Counted from the stretch's first letter, positions 30,260-41,483 are shown. The stretch: 64,000 bases of DNA from a virus (IMGVR_UViG_3300013426_000017:32001-96000), one strand, 5' to 3'. A program made the numbers and translations. The notes: a model not told the origin generated them from the letters alone.

Positions 30260-33200
30260 TGGCTACAACAGTCACCAAGAAACTCAGTCTAACTAAAAGC
30301 AATATTGAGAATTATTGTAATGCACAAGATGTGTCGTTTGACGTTAGTGACCACGCATGGCGTAAATGGTTAAATGGTAGCACCGATGGCTATATAATTC
30401 TCAAAGACAACGCTAAGAGTGAGCTGTATCCAACCGCTACGGCTCACCCATATCAAATTGATTCATTAATTTCGGCATCTCGTTCTGCAGGCACTTGCAC
30501 TGTCGACTTGCAATTTGCAGGAACTAAAGTCCATGAGGAATCGTATACATCAGGCTCTCAAAAAGAAAAATCTAAATCGGGAATAACTAATAATGCCATT
30601 TCTAATAGTACTCGTGTCACTGAAATAAAATGGCACGTCTATGGTAAGAATGGCGATAACCAGCGTGGTGATAAACTTGAACTCACCCTATATTTTAATC
30701 AATACACTATGATTGCTAGTGTAGGCAATGATATTCAAGGCATTAAATCAGTTAGCGCATCAGTTGCCAATCCCTATCAAGGCGATAGCGTTACATTTAG
30801 TGCTGAATTAATTAAAGGAGCAACATGGGGCGGTTGGTATAGCGATGCGGCATGCTCCAACTTAGTGAGCAATGACCAAAATTATACAATCACCGCTGCC
30901 TCAGACCTAACACTCTATGCTAAGGCAACTGTCTCAGCCGACATCTATACTTGTGCCGCGGTGGCGAAGGATGGTATAGCGAGCGCCACAGTCAGCGATG
31001 ATCAAGTGTTATCCGGCGAATCTTGCACCTTTGCCGCTACTACGCAAGATTATTATACATTCACCGGTTGGTATATGGACGCAGATTGCACGATATTAGT
31101 ATCCACTGACAACCCATACACAACGCCAATAGTAAGCAATGCGACATTCTACGCCAAGGGAGAACTCGTTAAACATAACATTAGTGTGGCGCAGCCCCAG
31201 GATGGTAGCGCCAGTGTATCTGCAAGTTAGGTATCGCATGGCGCCAGCGCCACATTCACTTGCACACCTACCAAGGCCAATAGAGAGTTCTATGGCTGGT
31301 ATAAAGATGCAAATCACACACAACTAGCAAGCACTAGCGCCACTTGTACTGTAACAATTACTGGCGATCTCACACTATATCCTGTAATTGGCAAGACAAG
31401 ATATACCAAAGTTATCCATCCTGTCAAGCTACTTGATCCCTTGCCTTATCGTGGATTAGTCAACGGCGCCACGCCCTCACAATCTATTCCAGTAGATGTG
31501 AATAAAATATCCAACATAACCTTAGCACAGGCTACATCTTCAGTCTACGCATATCAACCTCACGTAACTTCGGCCCCACACACCTATGGCATGTCGATGT
31601 GGTTTGGCGCAGATCCCTTGCCCGATATACCTGACAATGCCACAATAACTGGTATTCATGCCGAATTCGGCTATTCACTTGTGGATGCTAATTATGATTC
31701 GATTAAAATTGGCGCCGGTCGTATGGAATATATATCAGATAATGATGAAACGCCAATTACTGATAATGCATCATTTGCCTATGTGGATGAGACTGAGGAA
31801 GAGCGAAGTGCGGATGATGTTCAAGTGCTGGCTACCGAGTTCTTGTTCGGCAATCGAGTAAGCAATTATGAAGACCCAATGGTTCGTAGTGACGATACTA
31901 AGTCTCTGAAGGTTCAAGCGGGTAGTAATATTATCACCGATTCGTTTACCTTGGCCGTTGGCAATTCAACCTCGTATCCATCTAGTGTGGCCGAACTCAA
32001 GGCTGGCAAGCTAGGTTTTCAAATTAACTGTGTTAGCCAATCCACTAGCACAAGCAATCGCAGATTTAGATTGCATGCCTTTGATTTATATGTTGTTTAT
32101 ACAATAGAGGATGTATCGTATAAATGCGATGTAGTAAGCGATGGACATATAGATGTATCTATCGAATCTCATGATGTGGCGCCGGGGGTTGAGAACACCT
32201 GGACCGCGCGTCCCCAAGGTGGATATAGGTTTGATGGCTGGTATAGTGATGCTAACTATTTAAATCTCATATCTACCGATTTAGAATATACACAAGCAGT
32301 TACTGGGTCATTGACTTTATACGCAAAGAGCAAATACCATTCGCGTGTTGTGACTCGTGTGCTTGATATTCCCTATGGTAAGGGCACCACGTATTTCACG
32401 GGCCTAGATACAAATAACAAGGTACTTGACTCGGGCACCAATGGCTCTGGTTGGAAAGCTGATATGAATTGTGCGGACTATGGATGGATTGCTACCATTG
32501 GCGGCACATCAGATGTCACAAGTGCCGCTTCACTAACTAATAAATCTAGCAAGCCTTATACTATAAAAGCTGTTTTAAATACGGCTGCAAAAGATGTATT
32601 GTTCCCTAATGACACTGCTCACATGGTGCGCTTAGACAGCGTGAGTGAATTAGGCCGAGCCGCTATAGGAGCGCGAATAATAACTAATAAAATTACTAAT
32701 CCTATTACAGGCGAAGATTATGTAACACCGCTATTTGGTGGTATTAATGGCTCAGTATGGCGTGCTAATGCAATACATAATGTAGAGAGGATTGATACTA
32801 ATATCCGTCACGATTGGGTATTAAATGTAACCAAGGAATCTGAAATCGGATATTTGATGCACCAAGGAACATCGTCTATATATCGAGCTGTTGGTATTAA
32901 TGATATTACACTGACCGGTTATTTCGAGGAATACGATTATGTGGCTAATATTGCCTCTAATTCTCGCGGCGTGCGTTCCGCCACAGTCAATCAAGCTATT
33001 GGTTACGAGGGCGATACAATTACATTCACTGCGGATGTAGGTAGCTATGTCACATCATTTGGTTGGTATAGTGATGAAGCATGCACGCAATTGGTAAGCA
33101 CCGAGCTCAGTTATAGTTCGGTTCCAGATGCGAATGTTACACTATACACCAAAGCAGTCGCGCCAGAAGGTGAGATATATACTTGCTAGGCGGTGGCCAA

Positions 33201-34431
33201 GGATAATATGGCGACGGCCTCGGTCAGCGAATCAGATATGCTAGCGGGGGGTAGCGTCACATTCACGGCTACCTTGAATCCTGGCGTTGAGTTCTCAGGG
33301 TGGTATAGTGATGAGTCTTGCACGCAATTGGTAAGTAACCAATTATCCTATACCGTAACAGTCAATTCTAATTTGATATTGTATGCTAAGGGCGCTAAAA
33401 TCTTGTATACTATTGGTGTGGGGCAGGCAGAACATGGCCACGCCACAGTAAGTAAATCTACGGCCTATTATGGCGATACAGTCACATTTAGTTGTTCAGT
33501 TGATGATGGATATGAATTTGTTGGTTGGTATTCAGATAGTGGATTAACTCAATTGGTTAGTAATAAAGCTAGCTATAATCATACCATTGTTAGCAATATA
33601 AAATTATATCCTAATATCGAAATTGTTACATATAGAATAAAAATTGGTAATGATAAAGATACCCTAAATGGTTTCCCAATTAAACTCGAGGGAGTCGTTG
33701 TAGAGTATGAAAAACTAACTGACGATGAAATCGACTATCTGCGGACTGGTGAGTATGATAAAATTGGCAGCTCTAAAATTTAGCAGCGAAAAACGGTTAA
33801 TAGTTCATCGGCCTTAGAAGATGTCTATTTGACATTAGATTGTCCATACAATGCCTATATTGCTTGGTATGGCCAACCATACTCATTCTCGGTCCTGGGG
33901 AAAACCTAGATGATATATTTATATTTCCTTGATGAGAATAAGGCCGATGTCACGGCTTGGTCATATTATTGGTACTAGCCAACAAAAGATGCAGTATTTC
34001 ATATTTCGTCATTTATGGAAGAAGACTCGTGTATTTGTACCGCAATAGCAAAAACAGGTATCAGTAAAGCGTCCGCAACCTCACCAGTATACCAAGGGAA
34101 AACGGCTATTTTTGAAGCCAAAGTAAATACGGGATATAAGTTTAATGGATGGTACTCTGATGAAGCATGCACAACACTGGCCTCGTCTGACAATCCTGCG
34201 AGTCTCACTGCGCCAACTGCTAATAATACGCAATCTACATTAACTCTCTATGCGAAAGCTGATTATACTGGTGCGCCGCCACTCTCATTTAAATCAAATG
34301 GGACGTGGAAAAATGTAGTAACAGTATTCCAAAAAGTCAATGGCACTTGGGTAGAACAAAGTGACCCTGCCTCGCTCTTTACAGGTTCGCCATCAGGCAC
34401 TGAATCATCCTATCTATATTTAGGAGACTAA
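30259..34431 (+). CDS. Large adhesin/receptor-binding protein with InlB-B/Listeria-Bacteroides-like repeats (1390 aa, 5 TAG)
   Basis: Four track ORFs share one frame, broken only by TAG at 31228, 33187, 33781, 33907 and 33976. Repeated F.GWYSD...LVS...Y......LTLYAK units. Confidence 0.88.
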
Positions 34432-34433
34432 TT

Positions 34434-35150
34434 ATGAAAGATATAAAAAATGCAATTTAGGCCTAGCGAGAATATCGCTAGGCCTTAGAGGTTAATCCAT
34501 TCAAGGCTGATATCTATGAATACTTGGCACCTTATGGATATACCGACCTAGATGATTTTACTTCAGACAAAATAGAATACCTATTAAAAAATAGCAATAT
34601 ACCAATTACAATCACTAATCCAGATGAATGTCTGCAATCAGACCTTATGGAAGTTCTAACCGCTAAACAACAACTATTTATCAGTATCAACAATGGTAAA
34701 ATATTTGCTTGGCATTAGAATGATGATATTGACACTGAACTATTTGAGAACTATGGCATCCCGGTCTATGAAACTCATGGCGAAGGTGGCACAATTATTA
34801 GTGGACCTGATGATTTAGATATTGCCCTAGTGTTAGATAGAAATGATTGGGATGTGATTAAGTCCAATTATTTTCTTGAGATTTTGGCGCAGATGGTAAA
34901 AAAATACCTACCAAATTATACAATAGAAATTGACAGTAATGATATATTGTGTGATGGTAAAAAAATAATAGGCGCTACAACAGGTGAGGTAGGTAGTAAG
35001 CTACTCTACATGGCGCATATTAGTTTCTATGACTTTAGCGCATTGGCGAAAATACTCTGCAGCAAAGAAAGCACTAAGACCCCCGGTTGCATACCCGCAG
35101 AGCTGAGCCGCGCCACATTATTAGAAGAATTGAAATCATGGTTGGAATAA
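34434..35150 (+). CDS. Lipoate/biotin-protein ligase (BPL/LplA/LipB)-like protein (238 aa, 4 TAG)
   Basis: ATG 34434 (RBS AGGAG) is in frame with track ORFs 34524 and 34830. GEGGTII and NDILCDGKKIIGA motifs. Confidence 0.7.
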
Positions 35151-35237
35151 TCCTATTGGGGAATCGTGTTATGCGATTCCCCAATTGATTTTTTTAAAAA
35201 AATATTATATAATAAAAATAAAAAAGGAAGAAAAAAT

Positions 35238-35819
35238 ATGAGAACAGAGCGTCAGGCGCATGGGTTTATATTTGAAGAAAGCATAATAAATAAATATCAT
35301 ATTAAGAAGAATACTGAATATACAGGCAAATGGGATGGTTATTTGCCATCTAAAATACCCGTATCTATTAAGCATATTAAGAAAGGCAATGCGATTGATT
35401 TGGCCGACCTATTTCGCCAAGCGTCAATTATAGAAGATTTTATTCTGATTATTGGTTTTTATGACGATATCAATCCAGACGATATTTATATATTACATTT
35501 TTCTGAAAATGAATGGCACAATTATTTTCTCGATTTAGCTGACTTTGAGAATCTATTTAAAAATGCCTTAAATAGTGTTTCTAATAGTTTTAGTGATGAT
35601 GCTAAATGGACTCAATTGCGTAAAGAATGTGTAGATTTTTGGAAGCAAAACACTAGCGGATATATCACTGTTAACGGTAAGCGTGACCATAAATCTCAAA
35701 AGCGTTGGCAATGTTCTATTAACAAGACTAATTTTTTTAAAGAATTTCTTCCTAAATTTCAAATTACTGAGGAGGAATTATTTTATTATGCCTCGAGAAA
35801 CCAAAAGCAATGGGCGTAA
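35238..35819 (+). CDS. Putative PD-(D/E)xK-like restriction endonuclease
   Basis: HGFIFEE...WD...PVSIK pattern; overlaps the downstream methyltransferase. Confidence 0.55.
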   Translation: MRTERQAHGFIFEESIINKYHIKKNTEYTGKWDGYLPSKIPVSIKHIKKGNAIDLADLFRQASIIEDFILIIGFYDDINPDDIYILHFSENEWHNYFLDLADFENLFKNALNSVSNSFSDDAKWTQLRKECVDFWKQNTSGYITVNGKRDHKSQKRWQCSINKTNFFKEFLPKFQITEEELFYYASRNQKQWA

Positions 35820-36603
35820 AGACCATTTAGATAGATTTTATACACCTGATAATATTGTCCAAAAGTGTTTAGCGCTATTGGATTTGACTCAATTCGATTG
35901 TATTATTGAACCTAGTGCAGGGACAGGTAATTTTTCTAAATATTTGCCCAATTGTTTATCGTATGATATTAGCCCACAAGATGATGATATTTTACAAGCT
36001 GATTGGCTTACGCTAGATAAATCACAATTTATTGGCAATAACATTTTAGTTTGTGGCAATCCCCCGTTTGGCGAACAAAATACTCTAGCTATTAAATTCT
36101 TTAATGAATCAGCTAAATTTTGTCATACTATTGCATTTATTTTGCCACTATCATTTAAAAAAGACTCAATTCAAAATATGCTTGATTTAAATTTTCATTT
36201 AATTAATGAATTGCGTTTAGATGATGCTGAGTTTTACCTTAAAGACCAAGATTGGATACGGGTTCCTTGTGTATTTCAGGTGTGGCGCCGCACTGACCAA
36301 CTTCGCCAAAAAATAAAACTAAGAACTACTACTGATTTATTTGATTTTACTACTCCTGATAAGGCAGATTTTCGTATCCAAAGAGTGGGCGGCAATGCAG
36401 GAAAAGCGTCATTTGAATTAAATCGGGCGGTATCAAGTAATTATTTTATTCATAACAAAAGCACATTGCCAAATTCTGATTTTGTAAATTATATTAATCA
36501 ATTGATATTTCCAACAATCGAGTATACTGTTGGCCCCAAATCGTTATCCAAAGGTGAATTGATTCAAATAATTGAAGAAAATTTCCCCCATTTGATTTTT
36601 TAA
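35788..36603 (+). CDS. N6-adenine DNA methyltransferase
   Basis: FYTP, IEPSAGTG, GNPPFG; start chosen at the ATG after GGAGG. Confidence 0.9.
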   Translation: MPRETKSNGRKDHLDRFYTPDNIVQKCLALLDLTQFDCIIEPSAGTGNFSKYLPNCLSYDISPQDDDILQADWLTLDKSQFIGNNILVCGNPPFGEQNTLAIKFFNESAKFCHTIAFILPLSFKKDSIQNMLDLNFHLINELRLDDAEFYLKDQDWIRVPCVFQVWRRTDQLRQKIKLRTTTDLFDFTTPDKADFRIQRVGGNAGKASFELNRAVSSNYFIHNKSTLPNSDFVNYINQLIFPTIEYTVGPKSLSKGELIQIIEENFPHLIF

Positions 36604-36644
36604 AAAAAATATTATATAATATATATACAAAATGAAAAAGGAGA

Positions 36645-37007
36645 ATGATAAAAATGAACAAGCGACCGTTTAACCGATATAAATATTATGTTCAGGGCAA
36701 TAAGGTTCATGCTGTTAGCAAGTATGCTGGCAAAACTGTTCGCGCCACTGCTATTTGCTCACCCAATGATGAATTCGATATTGGAATAGGAATGGGTGTA
36801 GCGGGGCGTAAGTGCAATATTAAAGTTGCTGAGAAGCGTGTGCGCCATGCGGAACAGAGACTAACTGAAGCAAGAGCTGCACATGATGCAGCAGTAGAAG
36901 AGCTATGTGCTGCCTATGATTATTATGATAATGCAATTGACCAGGCAGCGGACGCTATGAATGATTTTTATGATTATATAGGAGAGGTAGATAATGCCGA
37001 AGATTAA
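36645..37007 (+). CDS. Conserved phage protein
   Basis: A.A.CSPNDEFD..IG pattern plus coiled coil. Confidence 0.7.
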   Translation: MIKMNKRPFNRYKYYVQGNKVHAVSKYAGKTVRATAICSPNDEFDIGIGMGVAGRKCNIKVAEKRVRHAEQRLTEARAAHDAAVEELCAAYDYYDNAIDQAADAMNDFYDYIGEVDNAED

Positions 37008-37443
37008 AATGACACCCGAAGAAGTTGCCACGTTTTGGCATCAGAAAAGCATTGAACTTGAAGAAAAACTCAAAGATTCAGAAGGCACAAGACGGAACCT
37101 TGCCATTGAACTTGGTGATTTGAAAAATAAATATATTGCGCTCAAACTTTCAACAGAAGAAGATATGAGAAAATTAGAGAAGTGCGTTGACAATGAAAGA
37201 GGCCGTGTATATCAGAAAGAGAATGATGCATATATATACTTGAAAAGATGGCGCCAGACTATTGATGAACTTAAAGCCGCTCAGCTCACAATAGCAGACA
37301 AAAACAATCAGATTCGTGAACTTACACCCAAAATGACCTACGAGCAGATTATCGACCTCAAGTGTGAAAATGCAAGACTTAAAGAAGAAAATGCCAAATT
37401 TGCTGAGCGGAAGCGAATACTTGACAAATTCAAAATTTTTTGA
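36994..37443 (+). CDS. Coiled-coil hypothetical protein
   Basis: RBS GGAGAGG; heptad-rich. Confidence 0.7.
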   Translation: MPKIKMTPEEVATFWHQKSIELEEKLKDSEGTRRNLAIELGDLKNKYIALKLSTEEDMRKLEKCVDNERGRVYQKENDAYIYLKRWRQTIDELKAAQLTIADKNNQIRELTPKMTYEQIIDLKCENARLKEENAKFAERKRILDKFKIF

Positions 37444-37571
37444 TATAATAAATATGTAAGGGATTAAGGGATTAAGGGAGAAAAATAAAAAATAATTTTT
37501 TCCCTAAGTTCCAATTAATTGACAAAATTAAATAATTATTATATAATATATATGTAATAAGAAATAGATAT

Positions 37572-37647
37572 TCCGGCGTAGTGTAAAGGTTAATGCAGCT
37601 GGCTCTAACCCAGCGGATCCCCGTTCGAGTCGAGGGCGCCGGCGCCA
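37572..37647 (+). tRNA. Amber suppressor tRNA (anticodon CTA), probably Gln-charged
   Basis: GCTGG-CTCTAAC-CCAGC arm with CTA at 37605-37607; unpaired 1:72 and G73 (Gln-like); GCCA end; TTGACA-17-TATAAT promoter at 37519-37547. Confidence 0.92.
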
Positions 37648-37749
37648 TATATTATGGCTCAAACCTACAAGGTAATGCTACCTATAAGTGCATCCTGCTA
37701 ATGGAGGTTAGGTTAATTAGCATTCCTTTCTGAGTAGAAAAATGTATAT

Positions 37750-38179
37750 GCAGATATGGTGAAATTTTGGTAAACACAATGGACTTTGATGTATTCTATT
37801 TAATGGTAAATTAAATACTACCAATTTTGGTAGAGAGTGCCTAAAGGGAAACTTTTAGAGTAGAAGCTGGCTAAAACGGCGAAGGCGAATACAGAACGCC
37901 GTGCTAAGTTAAATAAATTGGTGCTAATTGAGTATCTAAAATACTAATTATTAGATTGTATCTCAAAACAATTTATGTGAAATTAGTTGAAATGGTAGGA
38001 CTAACATCCAATTTATTTATAAATGTGTAGAGAGTATATACCAGCTACCTAAGTCTGAATAAGATATGGTAAAGACGTATTCCAGACTACAACACAGAAA
38101 TGTGGCTATGGCGACATAGAGTAGTAAGAAAATCCATCGGCATTACGCCTTGCGGGTTCGAGTCCCGCTATCTGCACCA
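37750..38179 (+). tRNA. trnL: tRNA-Leu(TAA) with a group I intron (exons 37750-37786 and 38129-38179)
   Basis: Spliced arm ATGGA-CTTAAAA-TCCAT; GCAGATA/TATCTGC acceptor; long V-arm; ACCA. Confidence 0.9.
37787..38128 (+). mobile_element. Group I intron (342 nt) in the tRNA-Leu(UAA) anticodon
   Basis: Follows U, ends in G. P/Q/R/S-like cores AAACGGCGAAG, AACGCCGTGCTAAG, GTGTAGAGAGTATA, AAGACGTATTCC. Confidence 0.88.
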
Positions 38180-38201
38180 TTATTTTTTAAGGAGTATAAA
38201 A

Positions 38202-38477
38202 ATGGTTAGTTTTATTCTCAACGACCAAGATACTGGATATGATGTAATCGTAAACCGTATCAATAGATATTACAAGGTTCATAATCGAGATGCTGTAATT
38301 GTATCTATTGGTATTTCCTATGATGGAGAAAAGTGGGAGTATATGAATGAAGTAGCATATCCCCTAGATTATCTATGTAGTGAAATTGAGTTTCTCAATG
38401 ATTGGTGGGAAGGCCAACAATATATTAAGCTACTTGGCATCGAGTCAGTTTCTAATCTAAAAATAAATGGAGAATAA
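38202..38477 (+). CDS. Hypothetical protein
   Basis: Start reassigned to ATG 38202 after AAGGAG (the track start overlaps the intron/tRNA). Confidence 0.7.
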   Translation: MVSFILNDQDTGYDVIVNRINRYYKVHNRDAVIVSIGISYDGEKWEYMNEVAYPLDYLCSEIEFLNDWWEGQQYIKLLGIESVSNLKINGE

Positions 38478-38645
38478 AAAATGTTTAGAACAATTACATT
38501 AACTGAAAGCGAACTTGTGGTATTCATCAATAGCCGATGTTGGAACGATATTAAATATATTATTCCAAAAGGTGCTGATGAATATCTTGTTATTTATTGG
38601 GAAGATACTGATGAATATGATTTTTATTAAGGAGGAAATAGGAAT

Positions 38646-39815
38646 ATGGCATTGACTGAAAAAGGGCGACAGGCCCTTGGTTATATTCAAAAATACTTTA
38701 GTGAGGGTGAATTTTGTGCTAAAGATTTGTCAGATTCATGTGGCGCAAAGGTAGCCCCCGCCACACTCACCGCAGTCGCTAACCAAGGTTTCATTGAAAA
38801 ATTGGGTGGTTCACCCGTTCAGTATAGAGCAGTAGATGAATTTGCTGAACTCATGAAATCGCTTGAAGAAAGCGAAAAAAGTGGCGCCACTAATACAAAT
38901 TTACATAATGCAAAACGGGTAAAAAATGATGAATTTTATACTCGCTATGAAGATATTGAAGCAGAGGTTATGAAATATCGTAAGCAATTCCGAGATAAAA
39001 TTGTTTATTTGCCTTGCGATGACCCCGCTGAAAAGAAAAGTGAATTTTGGTCATTTTTTGTTGCCAATTTTGAAGCATTTGGTCTCAAGAAATTGATTGC
39101 TACTCATTATGAAGAAAATGGCCAGGCATATAAAATTTGGATTGACCGAGACAATGATTTGAATGGCAATGGTTGGATTGATGATGGCGATGCCATTCAG
39201 GAAGACTTGATGGGCAATGGTGATTTTCGCAGCCCCGAATGTATTGAAATTCTCAAAGAATGTGATATAGTATGCACCAATCCACCATTTAGTCTGTTTA
39301 GAGAGTTTGTAGATGTTATTATGACTCATAATAAGCAATGCTTAATTATCGGTAATCAAAATGCATTTACTTATGCCGAAATTTTTGAATTAATTAAAAT
39401 GAACCGCTTATGGACTGGATATAATATGGTAAAGCAGTTTATGGAACCCGATGGAAATTTAAAATCCTTTGGAAATATTTGTTGGTTTACTAATTTGTTT
39501 ACAAATAAGCGTCAAGAGGAACTGATACTAACTAAGGATTATAATCCAATTGATTATCCTACATATGAAAATTATAATGCTATTGAGGTTGGGAAAGTAA
39601 TAAATATACCTAAAAATTACGATGGTATTATGGGTGTCCCTATTACTTTTATTGATAAGTATAATCCTAATCAATTTGTGATTATTGGGCATACTCATTC
39701 CGGTGACAATAGCCCCGAAGTAGAGGCAATAAGAACTGATAATAATCATCGACATGGCGGATTTATCAATGGTAAAGAAAAATATATGCGTGTTCTAATT
39801 CGTCGCAAGAAATAA
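38646..39815 (+). CDS. EcoRI-family adenine methyltransferase with N-terminal wHTH
   Basis: KNDEFYT, VYLPCDDP, GDFRSPEC, TNPPFSLFREF, MGVPITF. Confidence 0.88.
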   Translation: MALTEKGRQALGYIQKYFSEGEFCAKDLSDSCGAKVAPATLTAVANQGFIEKLGGSPVQYRAVDEFAELMKSLEESEKSGATNTNLHNAKRVKNDEFYTRYEDIEAEVMKYRKQFRDKIVYLPCDDPAEKKSEFWSFFVANFEAFGLKKLIATHYEENGQAYKIWIDRDNDLNGNGWIDDGDAIQEDLMGNGDFRSPECIEILKECDIVCTNPPFSLFREFVDVIMTHNKQCLIIGNQNAFTYAEIFELIKMNRLWTGYNMVKQFMEPDGNLKSFGNICWFTNLFTNKRQEELILTKDYNPIDYPTYENYNAIEVGKVINIPKNYDGIMGVPITFIDKYNPNQFVIIGHTHSGDNSPEVEAIRTDNNHRHGGFINGKEKYMRVLIRRKK

Positions 39816-39895
39816 AAATAAATAATAAATAAATTCCATTTAAAAAACACAACTAAAGTTAATTTATATTATAAAGCGTTAAAGGAGATTTTAAA

Positions 39896-41062
39896 ATGGA
39901 GATTCGTAAAACAACTATTACTATTCGTGAGCTGTGTGCTGGTTATGTAAACGACACTGAGACTGACATTGAACGTGGTGTATGGGCTTATGGTGGAAAG
40001 CTGTGTGTTCGTCCTGAATTTCAGCGTTCCTTTGTCTATAATGCCAAGCAGGCAAATGCTGTAATTGATACAGCCCTCAAAGGGTTTCCCCTTAATATCA
40101 TGTATTGGGTTGATAATGGCGACGGCACTTATGACTGCCTCGATGGTCAGCAGCGCACAATTAGTCTGTGTAATTTTGTAGATGGTCTGACATCATATCA
40201 TGGTAATGCTGTGTATACCGAAAAGCCGATGTATATTTCTACCCTTAAACGCTTGTATCCTGAAATGGAGCAGAAATTTCTCGATTATCCTCTTGAGATT
40301 TATATTTGCCGTGGCGCCAAGGCCGATCGTATGGAGTGGTTCAAGACGATTAATATTGCTGGCGAAGAGCTCTCGTCACAAGAGCTGCGTAATGCTAACT
40401 ATGTAAGTAAGTGGCTGACTGATGCAAAACGCTATTTTAGTAAGGCTAATGGTAATGCAAAGTGCCCCGCGGAGAATGTGGGTTCCATGTATACTAAGGC
40501 TAATGCAAATCGTCAGGAATTGCTTGAGCAGGTAATCACTTGGTATATTGATTCCAAGAAGGATGAAGATATTTGTCAGTATATGGATGAGCATATTAAT
40601 GATGACAATGCTACTGAACTTTGGGATTATTTTAATAATGTAATAGAATGGATTGAGACTCTATTCCCCGGCACATATGATAAGGGCATGGCAAATCTCA
40701 ATTGGGGTTCCCTTTATAATAAATATCATGATGAAGAATTTGATTCTGAGGAAATTGTGAATAAATTTAATGAGCTGATTGAATTTAAGGCATCTAAGGA
40801 GCTTGATGCATCAGTAGGAAAAATTGTAGAATATTGTATTACTCGCGATGAAAATCTACTTAAGCATAGAGCATTTAGTGAAGCTCAGCGAACTACTTTG
40901 TATAATCGTCAGAAGGGCATATGCCCTGATTGCGGGGAACATTTTATTAAAGCTGATATGCATGCTCACCATATTGTCCCATGGTATGGTGGCGGTATTA
41001 CTGAACTTACTAATGGCGTTATGCTTTGTAAGAAATGCCATACTAAACGTCATGCCGAATAA
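39896..41062 (+). CDS. DUF262 (GmrS-like) plus HNH endonuclease
   Basis: RPEFQRSFVY, LDGQQR, F..IN..G..L...E; C-terminal CPDC...HAHHIVPW..GG.T..N..MLCKKCH. Confidence 0.88.
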   Translation: MEIRKTTITIRELCAGYVNDTETDIERGVWAYGGKLCVRPEFQRSFVYNAKQANAVIDTALKGFPLNIMYWVDNGDGTYDCLDGQQRTISLCNFVDGLTSYHGNAVYTEKPMYISTLKRLYPEMEQKFLDYPLEIYICRGAKADRMEWFKTINIAGEELSSQELRNANYVSKWLTDAKRYFSKANGNAKCPAENVGSMYTKANANRQELLEQVITWYIDSKKDEDICQYMDEHINDDNATELWDYFNNVIEWIETLFPGTYDKGMANLNWGSLYNKYHDEEFDSEEIVNKFNELIEFKASKELDASVGKIVEYCITRDENLLKHRAFSEAQRTTLYNRQKGICPDCGEHFIKADMHAHHIVPWYGGGITELTNGVMLCKKCHTKRHAE

Positions 41063-41177
41063 TTGACAAAAATAAAATTTTTTGTTATAATATAAATACA
41101 AGGTAAATAATACCTTCACAATTAATTTTCCCCTATTAATTGTTTGGGATTTTCAGAAATGGAAATCCCTTTTATAT

Positions 41178-41252
41178 GCTAGGTTAGCTCAGAGGCAGAG
41201 CGGGCGCCTTGTAAGCGCCAGGCCGAGATTTCGAAATTCTCACCTAGCTCCA
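41178..41252 (+). tRNA. trnT: tRNA-Thr(TGT)
   Basis: GGCGC-CTTGTAA-GCGCC arm; GCTAGGT/ACCTAGC acceptor; CCA. Confidence 0.88.
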
Positions 41253-41373
41253 GGAATGATGGTTCGAGTCCATCTCGCTGATCGAGGTTAGGTAAGTGCG
41301 CGCGATCAAGCCCCTCTCGCAGTTCCGGTCTTAATTGGCTACTGTCCCATGAGGGGGGCGCTTTAGATAAGAT

Positions 41374-41462
41374 GCGCCATAAATTCGTCCGGCGGCGAAA
41401 CCGGTCTTGAAAACCGTGTGTATCAGCAATGATATGTGGGTCGGCACCACTGTGGCGCGCCA
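41374..41462 (+). tRNA. Non-canonical 8/4 tRNA, anticodon TGA (Ser; allo-tRNA-like)
   Basis: 8-bp acceptor GCGCCATA/TGTGGCGC, 4-bp T stem GTGG/CCAC, loop CTTGAAA, long V-arm, G73, CCA. Confidence 0.75.
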
Positions 41463-41483
41463 CTTAACAAGGAGAATGAATAT

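Noticed and set aside
23217-35150. Fragmented ORFs read as pseudogenes
   Set aside because: All breaks are in-frame TAG with no frameshifts, and a CUA tRNA is present.
38100-38201. N-terminal extension of ORF 38100-38477
   Set aside because: It overlaps the intron end and tRNA exon; the RBS supports ATG 38202.
41374-41462. Selenocysteine tRNA or opal suppressor
   Set aside because: The anticodon reads TGA (decodes Ser UCA), not TCA, and the fold is 8/4, not 8/5.
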